This document shows positions 9,091-18,227 of a DNA stretch of 37,325 nucleotides, piece after piece. The stretch is from NCBI GenBank assembly GCA_964347045.1, contig CAYFXC010000004.1, forward strand, positions 129,660-166,984. Reading direction: 5' to 3'. The stretch comes from an uncultured archaeon. GTDB lineage: Archaea; Asgardarchaeota; Hermodarchaeia; Hermodarchaeales; Hermodarchaeaceae. The position numbers were made by a program, and so were the translations under genes. Every line of letters begins with the position of its first letter. Position 1 is the stretch's first letter. A model generated the notes under the pieces. The model was not told where the DNA came from and searched no databases. It was given only the letters and a program-made list of their open reading frames with translations.

Positions 9091-10134
9091 CTAAGAACTG
9101 ATTTTAGGTGCAGCGATTTTGCGTAGCTTGTCAAGCCCTTCTTCAGCTAGTTCTTCATGCAGAAAAAGTCCTGCATTAATCATTTCTTCAACTACGGCTT
9201 GACCTTGTTCACTTCGGACCAACACTGTAGACCATTTACCAGGTGTTCCGGCTCCTCCCACGGAGATATCAGCAAATTCAGAGGCAAAGTCTTTACACCC
9301 ATGACAACCAGGGTCAATCCAGTCTTGAGCCTCGCTCAGGGGGATTTTCAGCGATTCCTTAGCTCCGCGTGGATAGACGAGTAGTTTGCCTTTGATATCA
9401 AGTTTTCTAAGATTCTCTAATGGGACGCCGAAGTCTTGTACAATTTTGTCTTCCATGAGTTCTTTGAATTTGAAAGTCTCACTACAAAAGAGTCCAATAG
9501 TCATAACAACTGATCGATCAATTTTTTTAAGGGGTGCTAGCCGCATCCGTTGGATAGCCTGGATATGGCACGGTGTACCAACAACTGCTATTTGTTTTAG
9601 CTTCCGTTCCTTCAAAGCTTCCTTTAATGCAATAAGATTCGGTGAACGTGTATAGCGCGACTTAGCTGCAGACACAATTTCCTTAATAGTAGTTGCAACT
9701 AGGGGTTTGGGTCTCCAAGGCGCTTTTGGGTCAATACCAGAAACAACCGCCCCTTCAATAACACCACCTTCAAGCAAATGAAGCAGAATTGCTGTTACAA
9801 CCCCACCATCTTGTGCTCGTTTACGAATTGCTTCATCGGCATTACGAAGCGCATACGCTTGACGATAAACTCCTAGCGCTGGATCACGGTAGGCTTCTCC
9901 AAATACTATTGGATAAATTGGTGCATAATCGTCAATCATTCGAGGACATGATTTCCAACAAAACTCGCATTTGTTACAGTCTTTAACGAGCCCAGGACGA
10001 AGAGCGTGAAGTTCAATTGCTCCAATAGGGCATGCGGCTTCACACCCTCCACAACTACAGCATTTACTAGCATCAATGACATTGGTTTCTAAGTGCTCGA
10101 ATCCAAGCTTTTCTTTGCTCAATAGTCTCACCAT
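9091..10134 (-). CDS. FrhB/FpoF-family F420-binding flavoprotein with N-terminal 2x[4Fe-4S] domain
   Basis: CCSCGGCEAACP and CNKCEFCWKSCP, then QDGGVVTAIL, VGTPCHIQA, IGLFCSETF and C..C.DF.SEFADISVG. Confidence 0.92.
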   Translation of the reverse strand: MVRLLSKEKLGFEHLETNVIDASKCCSCGGCEAACPIGAIELHALRPGLVKDCNKCEFCWKSCPRMIDDYAPIYPIVFGEAYRDPALGVYRQAYALRNADEAIRKRAQDGGVVTAILLHLLEGGVIEGAVVSGIDPKAPWRPKPLVATTIKEIVSAAKSRYTRSPNLIALKEALKERKLKQIAVVGTPCHIQAIQRMRLAPLKKIDRSVVMTIGLFCSETFKFKELMEDKIVQDFGVPLENLRKLDIKGKLLVYPRGAKESLKIPLSEAQDWIDPGCHGCKDFASEFADISVGGAGTPGKWSTVLVRSEQGQAVVEEMINAGLFLHEELAEEGLDKLRKIAAPKISS

Positions 10135-10223
10135 AAATTATTGATATATTTTCAGGAAAAAGATGGGGTTTTCCTACTTAAACCTGCCAGACTAACCTAG
10201 TATCCAGGAAAAATGATTTGGAG

Positions 10224-10672
10224 CTAGTCGAGCTTGACGATTTTGGAGTCAACATGGACCGTACAGGCAAGAGAGCGTGAAATATGACAGTATTTCTTAG
10301 TCAAGGTTACGGCGCGTTCAACTTTAGAAAGCTTCGCATCCTTTGGTATCATAATATGCATTGAAATATAGATATCGGAAAAAACTAGCCACCCACGGTA
10401 TGTTTTTGTAGTATTCCCCGACCCGAAACCTGATGGGCTCTGATTGGTTGTTTTATCTGCTTCATGATACTCGCAAAAGTAGTAATGAAGCAACCCGTTA
10501 TCGCTGACATGAAAAGGTCATGTGGAGAATAACTCTCAGGTTTTCCATCCCATTGGACTGGGGCGGTCAAAGGTAGATCGGGTTTATCTTCAATAGCAAT
10601 CGTGCCTTCTTTGCCTCCAGTCCAAGTAACTCTCACATTAAATTCATGAATTTTTTTAGGCTTGTCGCTCAT
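10224..10672 (-). pseudogene. OsmC/Ohr-family protein split by a frameshift
   Basis: The N-half (VTW.GG..G, SPHDLFMSAITGCFITTF) ends at TAG 10385-10387. The C-half (KKYCHISRSL) is in the -1 frame. One extra base near 10385 restores ...GG(Y/L)VFSDIY... Confidence 0.8.
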
Positions 10673-10823
10673 CGATGATACACACATTGGTAAAATTTAA
10701 TTTGAACTTTTAGCTGTTCGGAAAAGTCGAATCCTTTGAGAAGGATGCAACTGCGAAAGAAGTATTAGGCATCTTATATGAATGTTTACAACTGACTCGA
10801 AACCAAATTTGGAGGAACCCTTC

Positions 10824-11945
10824 ATGGCAGGAAGCGTTGTTAATATGGACCCCTTAGAATTACAGAAAGGATTTCGTGACCCCCAACTTGCCCAAAAAGC
10901 AGCACAAAAAATCAAAGAATTAGCCAAGAAAAAAGACTTCAAATTCATGCACATTTGCGGCACACATGAATACACCATCACCCATTCGGGACTCCGAGAG
11001 CTATTACCTGAGAATGTGGAATTGATTGCAGGTCCCGGATGTCCAGTATGTATCTGTCCTCCAGAAGACGTGGCGTTAGCAATCGCTGTGGCAAATGAAC
11101 CTAATGCATTGCTAACAACTTTCGGCGACATGATGCGAGTACCCGCAGGTGATCTTGGATCATTGAATGAGGCGCGGAGTAGAGGAGCAAATATACAAGT
11201 CGTCTATAGTATAATGGACGCAATCATTGCTGCCAAAGAACACCCTTCAAAAGAAGTGGTCCATTTCGCGATTGGATTTGAAACAACTATACCTCCAACA
11301 GCAGCAGAAATTATGGGAGATCCCCCAGAAAACTTTAGCTTGTTGATAAGTCACCGACTAATTCCACCCGCAGAAGAATTTCTACTTGAACAAGGAGAAT
11401 TAGGTTTACACGGCTTTCTTCTCCCCGGCCATGTTTCCGTTATCCTTGGTGTTCAAGGATATGAGCATATATCCAAACAATGGAAAGTCCCACAAGTCAT
11501 TGCTGGGTTTGAACCACTCGATGTACTTTTAGGAATTGTAATGTTGCTTCAACAGGTAAAAGATGGACGAGCAGAAGTTGAAAACGAATATACTCGTGCT
11601 GTAACCTATGAGGGGAATATTCGAGCTCGAGAAATGATTGACCAGGTCTTTATTCCAGTGGATTCCCAGTGGAGAGGAATTGGAATCATTCCAGAATCAG
11701 GTCTTGCATTACGTGAAGAGTTTAAGTCCTTTGATGTACGTACTCGTTTTGAGATTGAGCTGGAACCGCAGAAACTTGAGATGCCGCCAGGTTGTAGGTG
11801 TGGTGAAGTCATTCGTGGAATCATTCGCCCAGAAGAATGTCCATTATTTGGAAGCAAATGTACTCCCGAAAATCCAGTTGGACCATGTATGGTGTCTATG
11901 GAGGGGACTTGCAGTGTGGTTTATGGAGCTCAGATGATGCCTTAA
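10824..11945 (+). CDS. hypD: Hydrogenase maturation protein HypD
   Basis: MHICGTHE, GPGCPVC, GFETT, PGHVS, and C-terminal CRCGEVIRG...CPLFG.KCTPENPVGPCMVS.EGTC. ATG 10824 follows GGAGG; the ORF is open from 10782. Confidence 0.97.
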   Translation: MAGSVVNMDPLELQKGFRDPQLAQKAAQKIKELAKKKDFKFMHICGTHEYTITHSGLRELLPENVELIAGPGCPVCICPPEDVALAIAVANEPNALLTTFGDMMRVPAGDLGSLNEARSRGANIQVVYSIMDAIIAAKEHPSKEVVHFAIGFETTIPPTAAEIMGDPPENFSLLISHRLIPPAEEFLLEQGELGLHGFLLPGHVSVILGVQGYEHISKQWKVPQVIAGFEPLDVLLGIVMLLQQVKDGRAEVENEYTRAVTYEGNIRAREMIDQVFIPVDSQWRGIGIIPESGLALREEFKSFDVRTRFEIELEPQKLEMPPGCRCGEVIRGIIRPEECPLFGSKCTPENPVGPCMVSMEGTCSVVYGAQMMP

Positions 11946-12279
11946 TCTTACCCTGTTTCTCGTCGAGTAATTTTTTATGGAATCCCGAACTTTGAATCCA
12001 TAGTTGCGCTAATGCTTCGACTTCAGCAACTTTTTCTCGGAGATAACGGTCACTTACGATCACATTTTGAATATTAGGTATCCCTTGATCTTTCCAAAAG
12101 GTTTCAAGGATTCTGGGGGTTAGCCTTAGGGAAGGATGAGGATTATCACTATCAAATATTAACCGAGATAGTTGAGCAGCAAGCAGCTTCGAGTCAGTGT
12201 ATAGAATTCGACCCCGAATCCAAAGTTTACATTCTACTCGCCCCGGACAAGGACCACGAGCATTTGGACAAAAGACCAC
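11896..12279 (-). CDS. Hypothetical protein with N-terminal Cys cluster
   Basis: AGGTGA RBS before GTG; C-x6-C-x5-C-x2-W. The 3' end overlaps hypD by 50 bp. Confidence 0.6.
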   Translation of the reverse strand: MVFCPNARGPCPGRVECKLWIRGRILYTDSKLLAAQLSRLIFDSDNPHPSLRLTPRILETFWKDQGIPNIQNVIVSDRYLREKVAEVEALAQLWIQSSGFHKKLLDEKQGKIKASSELHKPHCKSPP

Positions 12280-12353
12280 AACAATTCACCTAGGCGTATT
12301 CGACGCAGGATTTTGGTTTGAATAAACCTTTTGGTTTAACAGCGGAATTCAGG

Positions 12354-13271
12354 CTAGCCAACAGGCCAATAGATGTCCTCGGAGGCTGTTGTGGCTTCAG
12401 CTAAGTCCCGCATTAGAGTCATGAGAGTGAAAATATTGTAGTCGATACCCTCCCCTAGTGTTACAAACCGTTGAGCTTCATTTTTGAAAGCAGTTTCTGG
12501 TAACCATTCGGAGGGCCAATTGGGAACAGTTTCAAGTTGTATAATGGTTTGCTTCAACCCGTCTGCATAGGTTACAATAAGGGGAACAGTTGGAAGGCGA
12601 AGAAGATAGCTTTCAGGTCGAAGAATATCATCAATACCACTCCGAACAACTTGAAGAGGAGGAAAGAATCGTTTCCCAACCTCTCTTTCAATAGGAAAGG
12701 GAATCAATTGTTCAAGAGTGGATACCTCGCGAGGGCTCACCGAACGCGTTTCTAATGATTCGCGCAGAAGAACTGAAGCGGTAATGAGATCATTAGGCTT
12801 TGTTATATTAGCAGGAAGAGTGGGGGCTGGTCCTCGATGTATATTTAATGCGCCTTCGGGATTGAAGCCTTCAGGGGTGATGCCTGGATGATTGGGGTTT
12901 AAAGTCAACCATAATGCAAAAGGAAAGAGCGGGAGCTGGTCTATGAAAATGGTGATTTTTAGTTTATTTGAGAACGGTCGAGTTAAGTAAATTTTCTGGA
13001 AAAGGTCCTTTGAGGAGAGAGGTACCACAAGAGTATACCCACCGAAATCAATGAGTTCAGGGGTTTTTCCCCGCATTTCAAGATCGACCGCAGTTTCTGA
13101 GTGGGTCCTAACACGTTCAAAGGCATTGGGCATGAGTAAAAGAACAGGCTTTCCCTTAATGTATGGTTTGAGTTGGTCAAGGAGTGATGATATGAGTTGA
13201 TTGTGTTGATCGGTTGCACCACGGTCTAAGAGAGTGAATAATTCAGACTCCTGTTTGCGTAAAGTTTCCAT
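12354..13271 (-). CDS. Hypothetical protein, Pro/Leu-rich, downstream of aor
   Basis: 305-aa ORF 31 bp after the aor stop, AGGA RBS; no family recognised. Confidence 0.75.
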   Translation of the reverse strand: METLRKQESELFTLLDRGATDQHNQLISSLLDQLKPYIKGKPVLLLMPNAFERVRTHSETAVDLEMRGKTPELIDFGGYTLVVPLSSKDLFQKIYLTRPFSNKLKITIFIDQLPLFPFALWLTLNPNHPGITPEGFNPEGALNIHRGPAPTLPANITKPNDLITASVLLRESLETRSVSPREVSTLEQLIPFPIEREVGKRFFPPLQVVRSGIDDILRPESYLLRLPTVPLIVTYADGLKQTIIQLETVPNWPSEWLPETAFKNEAQRFVTLGEGIDYNIFTLMTLMRDLAEATTASEDIYWPVG

Positions 13272-13302
13272 GGTCCTATCCTACTTAGAGTCGCAAAATT
13301 AT

Positions 13303-15141
13303 TTATTCATTTAAATTAGCGAGTCCAACTTTTTTAAGGGCAGCGGCTGAGGGTCGACCGGTTTTTTGATCCCAATCCCGATGGATGTAATAGTCTTTGA
13401 GTTGTTTCTCAAGATTAGGTACCATTCCCTGAGTCGGACCTTCGAGTGGGCGTAGGAGATGTGGTGAAAGTGTGTCATCTTTTATTGTCAACCCCATTTT
13501 CAGGTTAATGAGGCGTTTTAATGTAATGATTCGTTCTCCAATATGCATTAGTTGTTTAGCAGAGGTTGTTATACCGGTTACTAGAGTGTACATCTTGGCA
13601 ATCTCTTCAGGCGTATAAGTTGCAAAGATGCACATAATTAGCGAGTTGGTTACCATTCGCCAGTTCTGAGTTATTGCTACCAGCGCTCCCATTCCTTCAT
13701 CGGTTTGTGGATCATCAGCATCAATTCCTAATTCTGGGATTACTTGCCCACTTAGGACCCAATAAATATCCGCGTCCAAATGGGAGCCTCCTCTTGGGCT
13801 GGTTGCATACATGGCTGCATTTCCAAAGTGAGCCCGTACGCCCCAACATGCATTTTCAAGCCCTTTGACATGCACTGCATATTCTGCGGCATCATAGCGA
13901 TCACCTAACATGCGTGTTCCCTCAGCGAGAATGTCACCAAAGCCCTCTCGCACAGCAATCTGTTTTATTAATGCAATTTGTGAATCGGCATCACCCCATT
14001 CTAGTTTCATTCCCACCTCCTCAGGTGTTAGTTTTCCCTGTTCCATGAGATAAACAGCAAATCCAATTGTGGTTCCACAGCTGATTGTATCTAATCCAAA
14101 ATCATCACAAAGATGAGCTGCGTAAGCCAACGCTTCAAGGTTATCATTTAGAATCATTGATCCTAATGCTGCGAGGGTTTCGTATTCTGGACCACTTGTT
14201 CTTGGTAGATTATATTTTCCGCCGGGTATTTCTATGACACGACCACACCTAACAGGGCATCGATAGCAGCCGCTTTGACCAACCAGTATTCTTTCAAACA
14301 TTGTCGATCCACTGATATTGTCATGGGTTGGAAAATCGCTGCTGGACCAATACTTAATGGGTAGCGAACCTATTTCGTAACTGGCTCCAAAGAAGGCTGC
14401 AGTTCCCATTTCTTTATACGTTACAATTTGGAAATCTTCCATCATCACCTTTGTCGCAGTTTGAACAAGTTCGATAAGCGCATCAGGGTTTGCTACAGGA
14501 ATGGGAGTCTCTCCGATTGTAATAATGGCTTTGAGATTTTTGCTTCCCATAACCGCTCCAAGACCCATTCGTCCAGCTGCACGTCCTCCTTCAGTCATTA
14601 TACTTGCAAATTTCACTAAATTTTCTCCAGCAGGACCAATCGTCAAAGACGCCATTCGTTTATCATTGTAATCGCGATGAAGTTGTTTTTGCGTTTTAGT
14701 GACAGAATTACTCCATAATCCATCCGCTTCTTTGATAGCAGCGTGACCATCTAGAATCGTGAGTACAGTGGGGTGTTCCGATCGGCCATGGATAAAAACA
14801 CCATCATAACCTGATTGGCGAAGCCGAGCACCAATATTTCCACCAATATTACATTCACCCCAAAAGTGGGTCAAGGGTGATTTTGCACAAATACTCAAAC
14901 GCCCACACATAGGCACACTTGTACCTGTTAAAGGTCCAGCTAAAAATAATAATGAATTATCTGGACCGAGCGGATCAAGAGTCTGAGAAAGAGGGGAAAA
15001 TAGCATCCGAGCAGCTAAACCTGCCCCACCAATGTATTGTTTCGCCCATCCAAAGGGAGTTGGAGAATCTTTGAGTTTACCCTTGGTTAGGTCAACATGA
15101 AGGATTTTACCTGTAAAACCATATTCAGATTTTCGTGTCAT
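13303..15141 (-). CDS. aor: Tungsten-containing aldehyde:ferredoxin oxidoreductase family protein
   Basis: KSPLT, IGPAGENLV, GR.GLGAVMGSKNLKA, CYRCPVRC, PEYET, GLDTIS, RGGSH and YY..R.WD motifs. Confidence 0.95.
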   Translation of the reverse strand: MTRKSEYGFTGKILHVDLTKGKLKDSPTPFGWAKQYIGGAGLAARMLFSPLSQTLDPLGPDNSLLFLAGPLTGTSVPMCGRLSICAKSPLTHFWGECNIGGNIGARLRQSGYDGVFIHGRSEHPTVLTILDGHAAIKEADGLWSNSVTKTQKQLHRDYNDKRMASLTIGPAGENLVKFASIMTEGGRAAGRMGLGAVMGSKNLKAIITIGETPIPVANPDALIELVQTATKVMMEDFQIVTYKEMGTAAFFGASYEIGSLPIKYWSSSDFPTHDNISGSTMFERILVGQSGCYRCPVRCGRVIEIPGGKYNLPRTSGPEYETLAALGSMILNDNLEALAYAAHLCDDFGLDTISCGTTIGFAVYLMEQGKLTPEEVGMKLEWGDADSQIALIKQIAVREGFGDILAEGTRMLGDRYDAAEYAVHVKGLENACWGVRAHFGNAAMYATSPRGGSHLDADIYWVLSGQVIPELGIDADDPQTDEGMGALVAITQNWRMVTNSLIMCIFATYTPEEIAKMYTLVTGITTSAKQLMHIGERIITLKRLINLKMGLTIKDDTLSPHLLRPLEGPTQGMVPNLEKQLKDYYIHRDWDQKTGRPSAAALKKVGLANLNE

Positions 15142-15186
15142 GAGATTTCACCATATCCAGAATGATTGACAGCTACAGAACTGGAT

Positions 15187-16356
15187 TTAGAAGTCAATGG
15201 ATTTTCCTTCAAAGAGATATTTCCAGAACTGTTCAATGTCCTGATTTGTGGGTTCGCGACAATTGAAAATATTCACAGCTGATTCTTGGGTGAACCGGAC
15301 CAAATCATCGTAGTTCTTCTCAAATTCATCATTAGTTATGCCATAAGCCTTCAGGCTCCGTGGAATCTCTAGTTCGTCCATCAACTTCCAAATGGTGTCA
15401 CGAAGCTTCAAAGTCGCATCTTTATCATTATCGTTTGGATTTGCAATCCCGATTGCCCGAGAAAAATCACCATATAAATCAGCACTGGTTTTCATAGCGA
15501 ATTCAATGGAGTAAGGGAGAACCATGCCAACTGTTATTCCATGAGGGATTTTGAATACGGCCCCCATTGCATGTCCAAACGAATGTGTTATTCCCAAGAA
15601 TGAATTACTCCAAGCCATTCCACTGATCGTTGCAGCATTATGCAACTTCTCTCGTGCCTTAAAATCATCAGGGTTTTCATAGACTTTTGGAAGATAGGCT
15701 AAAATCATGCGAGTTGCATGAATACATAACCCGTTGCTGAAATCGTTTCGCCATTGAACTGTATAACCATCAATCGCCTGAGCCAATGCATCCATACCCG
15801 AAGAAGCCGTTACCTTCGGTGGCAATGACTTGGTAAGCGAAGGGTCCACGATAGAAATATAGGGCATTAATTCAGGATGCGTTAGTTCCATCTTATTCCT
15901 GTCTTTTGTATCTGTGATTACAGCAGCCCATGTAGCATCAGAACCAGTTCCAGATGTCGTTGGAATAGCAATGAGTGTAGTTTTGGAAATCGAGATCGGG
16001 GTGAGCGGCGTAATGTCAATAATTGGGTGATCGGGGTATTCATTTAGAATTCGAGAAACTTTTGCGACATCAAGAACAGATCCTCCTCCTAATCCGATGA
16101 CCAAATCCGGATTGAACGCGCGGAGCTGTTTAGCACAAGCCTGCACGATATCATCTGGTGGCTCAGAAATAACACCATCAAAAAAGGCAACTTCTTTTCC
16201 ACTTGCCTTCAACTTTTCCAAAACTATATCCAAAAACCCTAATTTTGCAATCGTTTTATCCGTGACCACGAATGCTCGATGCCCCTTAATTTCCTTAAGA
16301 TGATTGAGCGCATCTTCACCAAACACAATGAGTCTCGGAGCGCGAAAATACCACAT
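15187..16356 (-). CDS. Iron-containing (group III) alcohol dehydrogenase
   Basis: GLGGGSVLD, IPTTSGTGS, GMDAL, HSFGH and IPHG motifs. Confidence 0.94.
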   Translation of the reverse strand: MWYFRAPRLIVFGEDALNHLKEIKGHRAFVVTDKTIAKLGFLDIVLEKLKASGKEVAFFDGVISEPPDDIVQACAKQLRAFNPDLVIGLGGGSVLDVAKVSRILNEYPDHPIIDITPLTPISISKTTLIAIPTTSGTGSDATWAAVITDTKDRNKMELTHPELMPYISIVDPSLTKSLPPKVTASSGMDALAQAIDGYTVQWRNDFSNGLCIHATRMILAYLPKVYENPDDFKAREKLHNAATISGMAWSNSFLGITHSFGHAMGAVFKIPHGITVGMVLPYSIEFAMKTSADLYGDFSRAIGIANPNDNDKDATLKLRDTIWKLMDELEIPRSLKAYGITNDEFEKNYDDLVRFTQESAVNIFNCREPTNQDIEQFWKYLFEGKSIDF

Positions 16357-16396
16357 GTGTATCTGACCTCAACTTGTTTATGATGAGGAACTCCCT

Positions 16397-16417
16397 ATGA
16401 ATTCTACAAGAATTCAT
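16397..16417. promoter_or_regulatory. Perfect 9-3-9 inverted repeat upstream of adh-aor
   Basis: ATGAATTCT-ACA-AGAATTCAT, 41-61 bp upstream of the adh start. Confidence 0.5.
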
Positions 16418-16490
16418 TTCCACTGTTGTGTTCCAGTAAAAAAGTGGATAGGATGAAGGATAGATTTGAACATCTCACTGCTTCAAAGAG

Positions 16491-16898
16491 CTAGAATTCC
16501 GTTTTTATCATTTGAGCGGTTCGAACAAGTTCTTTTGCAGCACGTGTCGCTCGCATGACTTTTGCTCGATCACCGGTTAGTTTCATCTTTCGGGTAAGTA
16601 ACGCTTTGATTGGATCTAGGCGACCTTCAATGATCTCTTTCCAGTTTGCATACTCGCCTTCGTAGATGAAAGCTGTTTCTTTTGCATCACGATTGGGTAA
16701 CATGACATGACTGCGGCATTTGCCATGCCATAGATCCATGTACAAAACTATATCTTCATCATTTCCACCTTCTTCTGACGGCCAAATAATGAACAGGAAG
16801 TCGCCTTCCCATGTTTCAGCGGCTTCAGCGTAAGCTTGATTTTTATTGAGGATTTTAACGAATTTTTCCAACCATTCTGCGGTGCCAAATTTCGTCAT
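16491..16898 (-). CDS. SCP2 sterol/lipid-binding domain protein
   Basis: FGT.EW...LN...Y..AA..WEGD and W..II.G.LDPIKAL.T.KMKL.GD pattern typical of stand-alone SCP2 proteins. Confidence 0.85.
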   Translation of the reverse strand: MTKFGTAEWLEKFVKILNKNQAYAEAAETWEGDFLFIIWPSEEGGNDEDIVLYMDLWHGKCRSHVMLPNRDAKETAFIYEGEYANWKEIIEGRLDPIKALLTRKMKLTGDRAKVMRATRAAKELVRTAQMIKTEF

Positions 16899-17040
16899 TT
16901 GAATTCACCGAATTCTGCTCGACACAGGAATTGCTTAACAAGTCTGGGGCTTTATATCCTGTGCTTTCGTTCAAAAAATTTGACCCAAATAACTTAAAAC
17001 TATGTGTCAAAGATGTTGCACGATATTGAGCGTGAAAAGG

Positions 17041-17814
17041 ATGACCAAATATTCCATTGTCCAAATCTCAGATTTACACGTTGGTGAAGCTGGATATTGT
17101 AAAGATATGATTATGACCGCAATTGATGAAATTAACCAAACGAAGCCAAATTTAGTCATGGTGTGTGGCGATCTGACGTGGAATGGTATTCGTAGCCAAT
17201 TCCTAGAAGCTCGAGATTTGCTACAAAATATTGATGCCCCAATAATTTACACAATCGGCAATCATGACGCATCCAATGTTGGATACTTAATATTTGAAGA
17301 ACTCTTTGGCCCACGATTTATCGAACACAAAGATGACACTCTGTTTCTTATGGCTGTGGATAGCTCAGAACCTGATTTGGATACAGGGCATATAGGGCGT
17401 GAAGGTCGAAACGTTATTGATAGAGCTTATTCGAACATTGATGAGGGATTATTGAAAGTATTTGCCCTGCACCATCACCTAGTACCTGTCCCCCGTTCTG
17501 GTCGTGAGCGTGATAGTATGGTTGATGCGGGCGATATGCTTGAACTATTAATGCACAAAGGGGTAAGTTTGGTATTGAGTGGGCACCGCCATTATCCGTG
17601 GGTGTGGCGACTTGAAAATATGGTTCTGGTGTATTCTGGAACAAGTGGAAGCCCTCGACTTCGTGGAAGCCCGTGTCAGAACTATAACATCATCACCATC
17701 GGAAAAAACACGATTAATATCTCCACAAAACTCATTGGAGGGCCAGCGCGCCGTCGAGGACAATATCGATGGGGGAAACGCGGAATTACGTCACGCAGCG
17801 ATACCAGATCTTAA
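17041..17814 (+). CDS. Calcineurin-like metallophosphoesterase (CpdA/Icc-like)
   Basis: QISDLH, CGDLT, IGNHD, LHHH and SGHRH motifs. ORF open from 17002. Confidence 0.92.
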   Translation: MTKYSIVQISDLHVGEAGYCKDMIMTAIDEINQTKPNLVMVCGDLTWNGIRSQFLEARDLLQNIDAPIIYTIGNHDASNVGYLIFEELFGPRFIEHKDDTLFLMAVDSSEPDLDTGHIGREGRNVIDRAYSNIDEGLLKVFALHHHLVPVPRSGRERDSMVDAGDMLELLMHKGVSLVLSGHRHYPWVWRLENMVLVYSGTSGSPRLRGSPCQNYNIITIGKNTINISTKLIGGPARRRGQYRWGKRGITSRSDTRS

Positions 17815-17828
17815 TTGGTGATGAAGTA

Positions 17829-18227
17829 GTGGTAGATTTTTCCAAAGTTGCAGGGGTTGTTCTCGAAACAAGGGATGGGGAACAGGCCTAAGCCTTTTAC
17901 ACCAAAGTGTTAGGTTTGGAGGTAGTTGAATATGAACCCTCATTTGCAATTCTTCAAACCCAAAACATGAAATTATAATTGCATCTTACCACTAATCCCC
18001 CGGAACAATAAAAGGGGCAACCAGTCAAATTTACTCAGGTGTCGTTCAAAGTCGATGATATCGATGCAGCGTTTCATCAAGTGCAGCTAGCCGATTTAAA
18101 AATAACTCGACGAATCTTTGAATACATTCCAACAACTTTTGTTTTTAATTTTCTTGATCCTGATGAAAACTCTTTTTCTTGTGAAGGTGACGGTTTGAAA
18201 AAGTCAGTAGAAGATTCACTACACTAA
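17829..18227 (+). pseudogene. VOC/glyoxalase-family pseudogene with three in-frame TAA stops
   Basis: GGTGA RBS, then GTG 17829: ...RDGEQA*AFYTKVLGL...KL*LH...EQ*KG...VSFKVDDIDAA...FLDPDEN. Stops at 17889, 17976 and 18009; no frameshift. Confidence 0.85.

Noticed and set aside
10385-10387. TAG in osmC as possible pyrrolysine readthrough
   Set aside because: Readthrough stays in the wrong frame and soon hits TGA; the second Cys motif needs a frameshift.
16363-16440. Possible C/D box sRNA (ATGATGA at 16380)
   Set aside because: No downstream CTGA D box at a suitable distance; the only CTGA is upstream.
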